36,985 nt of DNA, taken from Collodictyon triciliatum (lineage: Eukaryota). The translations under genes were made by a program, and so were the position numbers. Of the stretch, positions 1 to 12,649 are shown one piece after another. The notes beneath the pieces were generated by a model. That model was given only the letters and a program-made list of their open reading frames with translations, searched no databases and was not told the origin of the DNA. The stretch is taken from positions 1-36,985 of the forward strand of contig JBHJMP010000874.1 of NCBI GenBank assembly GCA_043381765.1, given 5' to 3'. Every line of letters starts with the position of its first letter. Position 1 is the stretch's first letter.

Positions 1-78
1 GTTCTTTTATGTTCTTTTATGTTCTTTTCTTTTCTTTTCTTTTCTTTTCTTTTCTTTTCTTTTCTTTTCTTTTCTTTT
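1..78. repeat. (TTCTT)n-type microsatellite, intronic
   Basis: Direct reading; lies just before the AG acceptor at 98-99. Confidence 0.95.
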
Positions 79-99
79 TTTGTTCGTTACCTGTTGCAG

Positions 100-3000
100 T
101 CTAAGTCGCTGTTATTATGAAGTTCAGCTGCATAAATGCCAAAAAGTTGCTATTGGTAAGAAAAATAATTTCAGGCACATGGTGTCTAATCCTTAAGAGA
201 TTTTATAGAATCACTGAATTTAAGTATAATATGTCAACTTAATACTTCTCTCGTGTTCCGGAATCTAGGTTACACGTCCGATTCATTGTCCCTCTGTGAG
301 TTCCCTGGAAGTGATGTGACCAGCTATGGATTCTGTTCGGATGGAACAGTATGGCATAATGGTGTTGAGGTGATTCCTTTCATAAGTATAATAATAAAAA
401 ATTATTTATATTCTTACGAACCAAAATTTTTTTACAAATAATCAAATTTGACTTCAAAGAAAACTATATAATATGGGAACCTATTTTGATGCTAATTAAA
501 ATCTAATTACTTGAGTATTAAATAAATTATCAAAGATGCCATTCTGCCCTCCCTGGAACCAATCATCTATCATCGGAGTTGTTGCTGATTTAAATGAGGG
601 CTACATAGGTAATTGTCAGTACATAAAATTACAGTACTTTTTGCAGGTAATTTTGTATCAATTTTCTTTCTTTCTTTTTCTCGATGACTTCTATCAATTT
701 CATGGATACCAAGGACTGTATGTGGATGGAGTCTATATGGGCGAGGGCTTTGGTGCTTTCTCCAAGCATAGTGAAGATATTTTGCAGAGACAAAAGTAAA
801 CCCCAGTTATCTTCATATTAAATTCAACTATTGATATTGGCGATTTGTTCAACTATCTAAGCAAACAAATTTGGTATCGAGACATGCAATCCAGAATGAA
901 CAATTGATTCCATGCTTCGGTCTGTATGGATTGGAGGTGCCACTTGTTATATTTTTGTGTCACCCCCAAAAAAAAAACATAGGAACGTATTCAACTCATC
1001 CCAATATGGTCCCCCTTTTTCTTTCTTCGAGGGCATATTTATTGATGAGAAACGTTTCCAACCATATTTCTGCGTAGCTCCCTTCGATGCCAGTGAAGTT
1101 GGGTAACGCACACTCGATAGAAATTGGCGGGTACGAAAAAAAGCCCTTCATCAAAACATCACAAAATATCTTCGCATATGTATTCCTGTCTCTTACAGGA
1201 TCTCTTTTTTTTAAGAATAGACTACTGAGCGTTTATATAAAATAGAATGCTTTATCAAGTACCAGAACTCGCAACTGAGATACGAAATGCTACCTGGAAT
1301 TTTACTTTGGTTAGAAACATTCACATCTTTGAGACTTACCATTTAACCGCAGATATTTTTTTTTATATATATCATGATAAAATTCGATAAAACTTCCGCT
1401 ATTAAAAATAATAGCCCAGCTTGACTGTGAATTTTGGTGGACAATCCTTCAGGCTTCGCCCTAGAGATGTTTCATCCATCGACACGGTGATTAGATTAGC
1501 ATACAACACTGGTAAAGATAGATTTCAATCCCCATCTATCGTTATGATTTAAGAACTTTGAATTGAATAGAGGGAAAACGCTATTATTTAAGAAAGGTGC
1601 AATATTCACTGTTTTTTTTCTTATGTTTGAAATATGTTTATTTTTGTTAAGATGAAATGGATGCATTTTTTTATTCCAACTTTAAAGTTTAATCATAAAT
1701 ATTCAGCCGCGTTTGATAAGCTGTCAAATGAGTATGGACAAGACGACTTCGACCTTGAAGACGCACAGGTTGCTCTATACTATGCATGAGATAACTATCA
1801 ATACTGTGAATTCCATAAGATATATTTTTGTAGAGAACTTAAAAGTGCATTAATAGGCAAGAACAAGAATGAATTTCATCTCGTGAGCAACCCGTTATCT
1901 TCAAAATTTCGAATAAAGCACATAATTTTTTCATTATACCACACTTTTACCCAAATTGCTCTAATAATCATCGAAAATGAAATAGTTCCTTAGAGGATGA
2001 CTCTGATGAGAGCTGGTCGATATTTCCTCCCAGTACGAGACAGCTACAGACACACTCAGCGCTTAAGATACAGAGAGGTATACCCACTCACAACTCGGTG
2101 AATATTGGTTTTTAATTGGTTTTTAATTGGTTTTTAATTGGTTTTTAATTGGTTTTTAATTGGTTTTTAATTGGTTTTTAATTGGTTTTTAATTGGTTTT
2201 TAATTGGTTTTTTATTAATTTATTATTAGTCCTATTAGTTACATGGAAGAAAGGTCTGTTGTACAACAAAACAGCTTGAATATTTACTTTATTTCCTGCT
2301 TCCTAAAGCGTATCGAAGGTATTTATTTGCATTTCGTGTGAAGCTGGCTGGGATACGAAGAAGGTCTGCGGTCTCAATAATTCAGAAATTCGTTCGTTGG
2401 TTCATTCCCGAGAGAAGAAGAAAAAGGTTCCAAAGTGCCATCAAGATACAGGTATTTAAACATTTTTTTATAAAATAGACTTGTTTAAGTGAATATCCTT
2501 TTTCAAATTGTTCGATGAAGCAAGTACCTTCCGTTCCTTTTGTCCCACGTCATGCATCCATCCCATATCTTCTGTCCAAACAAATGCTCTTAATTGAATG
2601 CCAATTTGACTGCAGAAAATTTGGAGAGGTTATGTATCCAGAGAGAAGACGAATATATGTGAGTGGATATGCTATACACAACTGCAGAAGACATACAATA
2701 TCTCACAGAAGAAATTACGATACGCGATGCATCTTTTCAAGTGATTCACTAAAATATTTACCCGCGAAAACTTCAAGGTTGGATTTATTCCAAAAAATAC
2801 CATATTGTCGAGAAGGCAGCTGTAAGAATTCAACGTTGGTGGCGTCGTGAGACAAGAAGAAGGCTCGACCGGCCTTCATTAGCTCAGGTAACGAGAAGTG
2901 GCACTGAGTGTGCATCTATAGAATTCGGTACACAATTGTATGGTTCTCTTAACATTTTGAGACGACTATTGAGCTCAAAAAGAAAAATAAGGCGGGAAAA

Positions 3001-4305
3001 AGAGCCAAAAATCTGCTGAAATCAGAATCGAGAAAAAGCAATGACTCGAATCATTTTGCTCTCATTTATCCAGATTGTGTTGAAGCATCTGATGAAATTG
3101 AACCGAAATGCCCGAATCATACAAAGGGCTTTCAAAAGACTGCACAATAACCTATACAAGAAAAAGAGAAGCTTGGCTGCCTTGACAATTCAAAGAATCT
3201 GGAGAGGTTTATCTTTTTCTACTTATTGCTTAATTATAAACGGCATATCGCTTTTTTTCCTCTGTATTTACTTCTTTTTCCCTATCCTGTAAAAAATTTC
3301 GTCCCATACATTCCTGCTTCAAACATTACTTTGCGATGTACGAATTATAAAAAAGAACAAATCGACAATTTAAGGTTATCGAACAAGAAAGGGAATCCGA
3401 CCTAACGAAAAGCGATTACGATTGAAACTAATCGGCTTGCGATTAGTCAAGATTTACAAGGCCACACTGCTAGGTATGAGAATCTCTCTGTAATTGCTAC
3501 TCAGCAAATAGCGACCATCAGAAGCCTTATATGCATTCATTTTTTATTTTTCCTTTCAATTTTGTGCAGGATGGTGAAGATGTTGGCCTTATATGCATTC
3601 ATATATTAAACACCAAAAACTATCTCGGTCTCTCTACTTGTTTTGAAAATATATCAATCATTTCATAACGCTATCAAATATCACCAGACAAAAGTGCTCG
3701 AGTTATTCAGAGGGGATGGAGGCGGTACTTGTCGATGAGGTATATTCGAAGGAGACTTCATTTGAAGAAGATTTTGGCCGTGAAGATTCAAGTAGACACC
3801 TCAAAAAATTAAGCATACTCATAAGATGTTGTTGATGGTTATTTCAAAAGGACAACCATTTGCTTTGCAGATTAAATCTATCTTTATATTTATACTTTCT
3901 TATGGTCTTTATACGAGTTTTTTTAGTTTGGTAATGATATGACTTATATTATTATGCTTATGTTTTGTATCAGGCCTATTGGAGAGGCTTTTTGACAAGA
4001 AAAGGTATTTAATAAATACAAAGAACGTGAACTAAGCCCCTTTTCAGATAGATGCATAAATCTTAACGGCACAGATTATTCGATTTTTGTTTTATTTTGA
4101 GGGCTATTATAACAAGTAGTAAAAAAAAAAAATTAAAAAATAATCATGTCATCCAAACAGAAATCAAAAGCATTCTCCAGCCGGATAAACATGATTTTCT
4201 GACGGTACGATTATCCCCATAGATGAACAAAATACAACAAAAAAAGAAAACATTATTCCCATATTTGTTCCGTTTTATTAACAGACTTTTATACCAACTC
4301 CATGA
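100..4305 (+). CDS. SPRY-domain protein with about 8 IQ calmodulin-binding motifs; multi-exon, 5' end lies upstream of the window
   Basis: Spliced exons give SPRY motifs: RCYYEVQLHKCQKVAIG, EFPGSDVTSYGFCSDGTVWHNG, WNQSSIIGVVADLNEGYI, LIPCFGLYG and PSLTVNFGGQSF (about 1414-1486). IQ motifs follow: SALKIQRAYRRY, AVSIIQKFVRWF, AIKIQKIWRGY, AVRIQRWWRRE, ARIIQRAFKRL, ALTIQRIWRGY, ARVIQRGWRRY, AVKIQAYWRGF. The last exon (TFIPTP*, stop 4303-4305) and the exons between 940 and 2000 are tentative. Confidence 0.8.
2105..2212. repeat. 11-bp minisatellite (TTTTTAATTGG)n, about 9 copies, intronic
   Basis: Direct reading. Confidence 0.95.
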
Positions 4306-4478
4306 AATCCAAAGAGATTTGCCGCGCGACTGAGAGAGACAAAAGGAATCCTGCGTCTTTATCGGCCTCTTGAATTGTACACATAAACAGCAAACTCAAA
4401 ACATGAACGATTCCGATTACCTTGACTCCATGTGCAAAGGAGAATGTGTACTGATGTAGAGTCATTGTTAGTCTATAT

Positions 4479-5796
4479 TTATTTTTGCTTTTGAATGTCG
4501 GCCACTTTGTGAAGCATGTGAGAGGACGTCTCCTGCATGTTTATTAAGGATTCTTGGTAACGCTGCATCGACGCAATTTGTGATGCCGTCGTTTGAATCG
4601 TATATACCTATAAAGTAAAGAAAAGTATATATAAACTAAAAAAACAAAACGAACCTAAATATTTGTTAGGTAGGGTTGTGGTCCTACTTTGTAAGTAACT
4701 TTTCACATTAAAAATAAAATAAAATAAAAAAGCAAAAATGTAAAGAATGATATTTATCCACAGCTCCAACAAACCAACTGCTCCAAGTCAACTTGAAACT
4801 TCGGGCCATCAGCGACGAGCCCTAGTAGTGTGGTTGTCCGATTCACCATGGATGCAGCCTCACGAAGGACATTGCAAAAGTCCCTTCATGCATCAGCGTT
4901 CATTTTGTTTGATTTACCATACCGCACTTCCATCTCTTTCTCGCATAATGGAATATTTTTATAAAAATAAATAATTAATTAATTATGAATACTCTTGGTT
5001 GGCATGAGACACAACGACATATTCCCCCACAAAAGGCTGCTGCAACCTCGCGGAAAACGTTGCTTTTTGTCTTGTGATCTTCTGAATGTGTTCGACGAGG
5101 TCATTCAGCATCTTCCTGTAAGTGTCTACATCAAAAGAAAGCATAAGTCGCCCGATTTAATCTGGAATGCTTATTTCCCAGCAAACTAATGAACTATGCA
5201 TGAATACATAGTTGCGGGAGTGAGTCTCATGGCATCAACGTGTTGCCCTTGACTGATTTATAGCAAACATCACGGCATCACACATGTTTATTCTAACCAA
5301 GGCCAACCTAGAACGTGCGGGCACATCACATCTGAAGTCCTGGCGTAGTCTTGCTCTTCTTCGAAGGTGCGCGTCAACTGAAGTATGGCGTGGTGAGTGG
5401 GAGGCTTTGGAAGATGCATCAAAGCGAATTCATTCTGACTTGCTGGAGTTCATCCGAAGACTTTGAGAGAGCGTCAAACAGTCGAATCAGCTCCAGTGAT
5501 TCGCTCCTCTTGGTGGTTGGGCGATTGAAGATGAAATAGAAGTTGATATGATGAGTAAAAGAAAAAAAAAAGGGTTGTAGATATGTAGAAGAAATGTGAT
5601 ATTCGTGGTTTATAAGTATATGCATGTCTGTGTGTATAAAGAAGAACTGCAGCTCCACTTGTTCCTGTGACGTCTTTCTTGTCGCAAACTTCTTTGCCTC
5701 GACTCTTTCCTCTACTCCGCAGTCTTGCGCAAAACCCAAAAGCGCTTCCTCGATCCCCACACTGATCACTGCTGCTCTCCAAGGATTTCCCTCCAT
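4479..5796 (-). CDS. HAUS2: HAUS augmin-like complex subunit 2 (Cep27/AUG2), about 6 exons
   Basis: Spliced protein MEGNPWRAAV...RTSDVMCPHVL-DTYRKMLNDLVEHIQKITRQKATFSARLQQPFVGEYVVVSHANQ-EDFCNVLREAASMVNR. It aligns without gaps to HAUS2 hallmarks as I recall them: N-terminal NPW, TADVVHP...HL...K..L.QRL..P, and plant-type RLQQP. Intron phases are consistent. The 3' end is taken as HKVADIQKQK* (tentative). Confidence 0.85.
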
Positions 5797-6458
5797 CTGC
5801 GCAAACCTCCTTTGTTTGGGTGTGATAATAAGAAGAGGAGAACAACAAGAAAAAAAAAAAAACCACAACATAAGCAATCAGCAGCGCCTTTCTTATAACC
5901 GGGCAGAAGGGAAAGGAAGGAAAAGGTTGAATGGGATATATGCTCGTAACCGCGGGAACTTTCCACTCATTTATCACTGCAGTGGAAGAAATCACAACTT
6001 GCAGAGTGACTCTTTGACAGGTGCGCAGGTGTCGTTGGTGTGATTATCCCGAGTAATAGGGGTGTATACGACTCACAAAGCTTTCTTGGCATGAGGCAGA
6101 ATTGAGACACAGGAGATATGTGCGATGGATGCGATAAATACCTGGGGATGCAGACAAGAAATAGTTTTTCCATCCGGATAGCATAGAGACAGCGCCTGAA
6201 GCTTGAGATTTAACGTATACATATTGTAAACATACATTTAGTGAGAAGTCCACTCAGCGATTGCTGGGCTAGTGTGATGCAGACAGGCTGCGCTGGCCTA
6301 ACAAAAGAGCTTCTCTTCTGACCTGCCTGGCTCATCAGCGCGAATCAGTTTTCAGAAGATCCAAAAGTTTTTTTTGATGGGCTTGACTCTGTGTTCTTTT
6401 GAGATGGCCCTGAAATGCTGTTTCAATCCTGTCTGGCTTTGGTAGTCAAGCGCTGGCG

Positions 6459-6570
6459 ATTGATGATTGATGGTTGATGGATGATGGATGATGGATGATG
6501 GTTGATGGATGACGGATGATGGATGATGGATGATGGATGATGGATGATGGATGATGGATGATGGATGGTG
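6459..6570. repeat. (GATGATG)n 7-bp tandem repeat
   Basis: Direct reading; accounts for the HHPSSII ORF. Confidence 0.95.
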
Positions 6571-6699
6571 TATGATGGTGAAAAGTCCAGGAAATGAGCA
6601 AATAAACCCTTCTTACACAGATGTGGAAAATATACCTTATAACAAAACGCTCAAGCAAGCGACACACAAAACCACCAATCATATGAAAGACAAACGACT

Positions 6700-7242
6700 N
6701 NNNNNNNNNNNNNNNNNNNNNNNNNNNNNNNNNNNNNNNNNNNNNNNNNNNNNNNNNNNNNNNNNNNNNNNNNNNNNNNNNNNNNNNNNNNNNNNNNNNN
6801 NNNNNNNNNNNNNNNNNNNNNNNNNNNNNNNNNNNNNNNNNNNNNNNNNNNNNNNNNNNNNNNNNNNNNNNNNNNNNNNNNNNNNNNNNNNNNNNNNNNN
6901 NNNNNNNNNNNNNNNNNNNNNNNNNNNNNNNNNNNNNNNNNNNNNNNNNNNNNNNNNNNNNNNNNNNNNNNNNNNNNNNNNNNNNNNNNNNNNNNNNNNN
7001 NNNNNNNNNNNNNNNNNNNNNNNNNNNNNNNNNNNNNNNNNNNNNNNNNNNNNNNNNNNNNNNNNNNNNNNNNNNNNNNNNNNNNNNNNNNNNNNNNNNN
7101 NNNNNNNNNNNNNNNNNNNNNNNNNNNNNNNNNNNNNNNNNNNNNNNNNNNNNNNNNNNNNNNNNNNNNNNNNNNNNNNNNNNNNNNNNNNNNNNNNNNN
7201 NNNNNNNNNNNNNNNNNNNNNNNNNNNNNNNNNNNNNNNNNN
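6700..7242. other. Assembly gap (N run)
   Basis: 543 consecutive N, followed on the right by (ATT)n. Confidence 1.
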
Positions 7243-7332
7243 ATTATTATTATTATTTCTTTATTCTGTAGATGGAATTGTTAATGATTTTTGATAAAGA
7301 ACCACATATTTACCAAAATTTTATTGTTGCAG

Positions 7333-10300
7333 GATTGTGGGCAGCTGAACCTCGACACATGCTTTCTTTGCCTGTATGATCCTGCAAAATGTCTGTTAAA
7401 ACAAAAGTATCTGAAGTGTGCTATCGAGATAAAACGCCAGTGTACACAGGAGACATGCGAAAATGGTTTGTCTTCGCTTTTAATTATTAAAAAAACATAC
7501 ATTTTTTTCTGCCGCTCTATGATTTTTTTTTTTAAAAAAAAAAGATGAAAAACAAAAATGATAGAGAATTCAATGCACTCGTGCCCTCAGTATTCTATCT
7601 ACTAGAAAAAGAACCTAATCAGATATCAGCATCGCTCGATTTAATTTTATTTTCCTTTTTTTTATAGGAGGATATTGCAACAATAAGTACCTTTATCGAA
7701 AAGACCCTAGGTATGGATGCCTTGGTTTGGAAAACGAGTTTCTCATGACCGAAGAAAATTGGCAATGGTCTGTACTTTCCATAAATGGCTGCGACTTAAA
7801 ATGCCGATAAACTATTTAAAAAAATATGTAATTTATCACTGTGTAAATCAAATCCAGCTTTGGAGCTTGTAATGGCTACTACGGTGTAATGGAAGATGGG
7901 ACACCATACTGTGATGAAGGCGAATTTATGACGAGAAGTGGATGTGTTAATTTGAAATACAACTTGACTGAATGCCTTAATGCAGTTTGTGAATCAAATA
8001 CCTCATGCCCTGTTCTTTTTTCTTTCGTGAATTAATATTTCCCCATAGTCATAAATACTGGTCGATACATTGTGGATATATTCATTTACATTTTAAAATA
8101 CCTTTTATGCAAGAACCAAGTGTTTTCTTTTGGTTTAATTGGGATGAGCAAAGACTTCTGCGAATGGAGGGACATAAATAATAATGTAATAGATTAACCG
8201 AAAAAAATAATTTGAAGGGTAGAAACTGTATTCTGATTCATAGCATATCTTGAACGATAATCAAATATAGCTTTTGGAAGGCTGTGTTGACAACCCCTAT
8301 TTGCTGTTGACAAGCAAGAATGAAACAGAATGCGATAAATGTGGAGGTTTTTTTTTTATAGATATCTATGCTATGCAAAAGAATTTTTTTTTCAGAAAAA
8401 AACGAGAGCACACTTTTTATTTATCACATTTTAAAAACAAATTTTTGGTAAGTTTTTCTTAAACTATAACGCCCGCGACATTGGTAGGTTATAAAGAAAC
8501 GATTTATACGTGGAAAAAAGGGGAATGGAAAACTGGAGGACGCAAACTAAACACAAGGTTAAGAAGATGAATAAAAAATGATAAATTTTCCGAAAGTGAA
8601 CCAAACAGAACGAAAAAAATGCATCCGAAAAATATGAAAAAATAGCCATTATCCTTTAGTTTTTTTTCTTACAAAGTATTCATCACTAATAAAATTAAAC
8701 CAACTTTTAATTTTAGTTGGAGAGAAAAGAAATATGTATCCGTGAATCGCTATGTTCCGACGCTCAACCAAAAGAAAGTTTATGATGTTGTCGAAGCTGC
8801 GATTGTTTCGTATTTTTCTAACGCTTTCAAGACAGAAAGCCTTTGCAGGTTAGAAAGAAGACTCCTATAATTTTTGTTTATGTAGGTCAATGTATTTGTT
8901 TAAATGCTTTTTTTTTTTTTGTAATTACTCGACAGGTTCAATCCAGTAGCATCTGCTTTGGTATTTTATGCCTGTGATTGTACAAATACTGGTGGGCCCT
9001 CTACGTGTTATAGTAACTCTGCTAGAAACGTTTCTGTTGGTGTCCAGCGTTTCTGTCATGGTATTACAGATTGGCTAAAGGTTTGCCTCATTTGGCATCT
9101 TCTTCTTTCAAATCGAATGAGAAATAGACAGAGGCTTTTCTGAGCTTGATTACTTTTGTTCCAAGGAAACGCACAAAGGAAATCCCCACCCCTGGTTTAG
9201 TTTTTAGCATAGTACTTATAATGCTGACTTTATGAATGCTAAATAATTTGCTTTTGTTTGTTAGGCAGGTCCATTTGAAATTTTTGTTGCCGCTCAGAGT
9301 GTCCCAAAGTCACTTATATGCATAAATGTCAATATAATTCTGCACTCAGCAACGCAATACCGGCAGCAGTTTTCGGATTCCTTATCATCCGACCAGTTAA
9401 CAGGAAGTGGTCAGGTAGTGAAAAAAATTCCGCTAATTATTTGGATCTCATTAAATCCTCTGTGGTATCTGTGCAATTCTTTTAGTTATTTTCTTATATA
9501 TGCAATAGAGAATACAAAATGAATATGCGGTCATTGAGTACAGAGGATTTTACGTCGGTCAGTTAATTGGCGACGGAATCGAATTTCGGTTGTGATACTT
9601 TAATTTCTTTCCATAATTTTCCATGATGCAAAGTGCCGAATGAAGCCATACGCTCAAAAAAAAATTCTTTCAGTATCGGTTTCGATAACTCAACCATTCC
9701 AAACCATCATTCATGTAATAATAGCGGCGGGGATGGTTTGAGTAATATTTCTGTCTGTGCTAACCACCGAGCAGACATACAAATAGAGCCTTCATTTTCA
9801 TCGCCTTACTTTGTCTTTCGGTAACTCACTTTTTTTTTTGTATATGTGTGTACTCCCCTTAAAGTAAAAATTTATCTGGAATCCTCACAAGCCATAAATA
9901 TAGAGAACCTGATGGACGTTGGGTTCCATTGTTACGCCATCATGTTGAGATGAGCGGTAGGCTCGTTTTGATTTCATCTGTTTGGATGACTTTTTTCTTA
10001 AATTTTTTTTTTAAAAAAAAAATTGCACTTTGATTTCTATTACCTCTCACAACAGCATGAAATTTTCCTCCTGACTTATTTGTTATTTCTTGATTCGTAA
10101 CACAACAGGTGAAGTTTATTGCATCTTCACAGATGTCCCTGCTTCGTCTTCACAAGGAAGCACAATACTATACCCAGCCTTGTTTGACCCACAATGGATG
10201 AGCTACAATTCCGTAATCGTTCCTTTGTATTCAGTGCGCACTCCATGAAATCTCCATGTTTAAACTCATATTGCACAACATATGAAAGTTTCAAAGTTTC

Positions 10301-12316
10301 TATTTGTAAATATATTATTTGTAATTAACCACGCTATTTCAAAGGATGCTAAAGTTGAGCCATATGTCGTTTTTCTTCTCCTGTGCGAATGCATTTTGGC
10401 AGTCTGGAGCAGTGTTATGGCGGTCTCAAGCTTATTGTATAAGAAAAAGAAGCGAACATCGGTTAATATGAACACCATCTTTGGTCTTGTGTCTTTGTTT
10501 GCTATATGTAGGTTTAGAATAATTGAAGTACTCTCCTGCTTCATAGCTTGATTAAGTGAAAGTGACATTCCATATGCTTCAATTTATTAATTTCTATACT
10601 ACTTATTTATTAGTTCGAGCCGTTTTTTTCGGTCTTCAATTCGACGATGTAGTAACTGAAGGAAGCAATCTCCAGCTTATTCTCTATGATTTTCCCGTCG
10701 CAATTTACTTTATGATGTTTTCTGTTCTTTTGTTTTTCTGGTAAGTACGAATGGATGTCGAGTATGAATTTAGGACCTACTCTTTTTGAACTGATTAGTC
10801 GTCTCTCTTCTCGTCTTAACAAAATATCAACCAATGTGCACTTCATGATAACAAAACTTGCTAATTTAGCTTATGTAATGAAATCAGGATTGAAATATCA
10901 GACCAAAAGTATGCCTTTCAAACACAAACACCCGAGAGTCTGAAGCGGCCCATGCGCGCAATTAATGCGGTTATACTTTTTATATTTGCGACCTTGATAA
11001 CAGTCAACAATACTGCATCCTCGAAGCATTTTAGAGTGAGTTTATGGCCCCAATTACTTCTTTTTTTTTAACAATCAGTTTCTCTCTCTTTATTCTGTTT
11101 ATGAATCACACCATATTTGTTTGAATTTGGAATTTTACTTCATTCCATAACACGCATTGTTTTGTTGATTGTATCTCTTTGTTGGATATCCAAAACATGG
11201 TGCTGATTGGTTTGGTGGATAAAAAACAAAATCTAAAATGCCTCATGATGAATTTTGAAACCATTTCGTCTTTTACAACCAGGCTGCCTTAGTCGCATAC
11301 TACTCTACTTTGGTGGCTCTTTCAGGGGCCATCGCTGTCGGTTTTCTGCACTATGGCATCAAAGTGTTGCGGGTAATAAATTCTTTAAGCCTGGCAGAAA
11401 TATCCAAACGGCAGAAAGACCACGCGCGGAAGGTATCACAAACGCTTTAAAAAACACAGCATTTTGTGCGACAGATGCCCAATATTCTTGATACAGATAC
11501 CTTTCTATCTTTGGGCAATATAAAACCATCAACAACATACACGAACGTTGTGGAAAATAGAGTCACTAAGTGGGACTTTTTACATCAGATTACCTTGGTG
11601 ACTGCGATAACAGCAGTGGGCTTACTTGTGAAATGTGCATGGACTCTGGCATCCATCTATGTTGATGAAAGCAATGTCAATATTATATGTACTATCATCC
11701 TTTTTACAGAGGTAGATTATGTGGCTCGCGACAATCTCTGACTTTTTTCGTTTTATTTTAAATTTTTCAATCCTTTGAGAGTCACAGTGATGTAGAAGAT
11801 GACTTTAATGTGAACGCACATTCGTATTCCCCGCGTTATTTTCTCCAAAGTCTCTCGCTGTAAACTGGTAATAATAAAAAGTTAATATTTCTCAAAGTCT
11901 GTTTTTCAACACATAGATTGTACCATGCGCTACGTTTCTGCTTGTGTTTGGTACACTCCCAAGGATACTACGCAAGGTTAAATGCCTCTTTCCAAATGCA
12001 ATTCCAACAAGGTGACTAAATCTTTGCTTGCTTCTATCAGTAAAATTCATTCATAAATGCATAAGCGATTACAGAGAATGTAAAAAAAAAATACGAAAGA
12101 AATAAAAGAATGAAATCAAAGGGAATAAAAGAGCAGTAAGAGGCGATTTAAAAAGACAAGGTTGTATGAAAAATTAAAAAAAAAAAAAGGTGTTGCATTG
12201 CTGAAGTCTGCAACGCCACCCCATGTCCTTAACATCTTGCTCTCCTTGGCAGATGGTTTGATATGAAAAGCACAGAGTCTTCCAGAGAGTCACACACGCA
12301 CTCAGCCGCCGAGTAA
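7333..12316 (+). CDS. Cys-rich ectodomain plus THH1/TOM1 (DUF1084/GPR137-like) seven-transmembrane protein; many exons, 5' end unresolved (probably within or before the gap)
   Basis: Ectodomain exons: CTQETCENG, GYCNNKYL, FGACNGYYG...GCVNLKYNLTECLN, ECDKCGGYKETIYTWKKGEW, WREKKYVSVNRYVPTLN...SLCRFNPVASALVFYACDC, with several N-x-S/T sites. Seven hydrophobic segments from about 10345 include VRAVFF...ILYDFPVAIYFMMFSVLLFFWIEIS (TOM1-type D.P...F..L..FWAEI), INAVILFIF, GFLHYGIKVL, KITLVTAITAVGLLVKC and LFTEIVP. The most parsimonious end is ...SHTHSAAE* at 12314-12316. Confidence 0.8.
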
Positions 12317-12649
12317 CTGAGCTCCCAAGCCGACTCATCCGCGGCCGAAGCGACATACTTGAAGCAGCCGACTCCCACAACCCCCAAAAAACGAAGCACA
12401 TCCTTCGGCATCGACACGTCTGTTAGTCACACCCGCGAAATAAAGAAATAAAAAATAAAATAAAATAAAATAAAAATACATGGGCGAGTGATTATGATGA
12501 GCATGAAAAAACCAACCTGTGCAAGAATAGTTTGTACGCAACCACCCACAAAACGAGGAAAGAAGAAAAGGGAGGACACTCTCAAACAGACCCTCGGGCT
12601 CAGCAGAACAAACTCGATTCATCACCACGTAGGACAACGGCAGAGCGGT

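Noticed and set aside
3524-3602. 17-bp direct repeat GCCTTATATGCATTCAT flanking about 45 bp
   Set aside because: No terminal inverted repeats or coding signal; most likely a local intronic duplication rather than a mobile element.
4289-4470. Extra HAUS2 3' exons overlapping the SPRY-IQ stop codon
   Set aside because: Splicing is possible on paper, but read-through to the stop at 4479-4481 gives a normal-length HAUS2.
6551-7294. 247-aa ORF
   Set aside because: Artefact of reading through the N gap.
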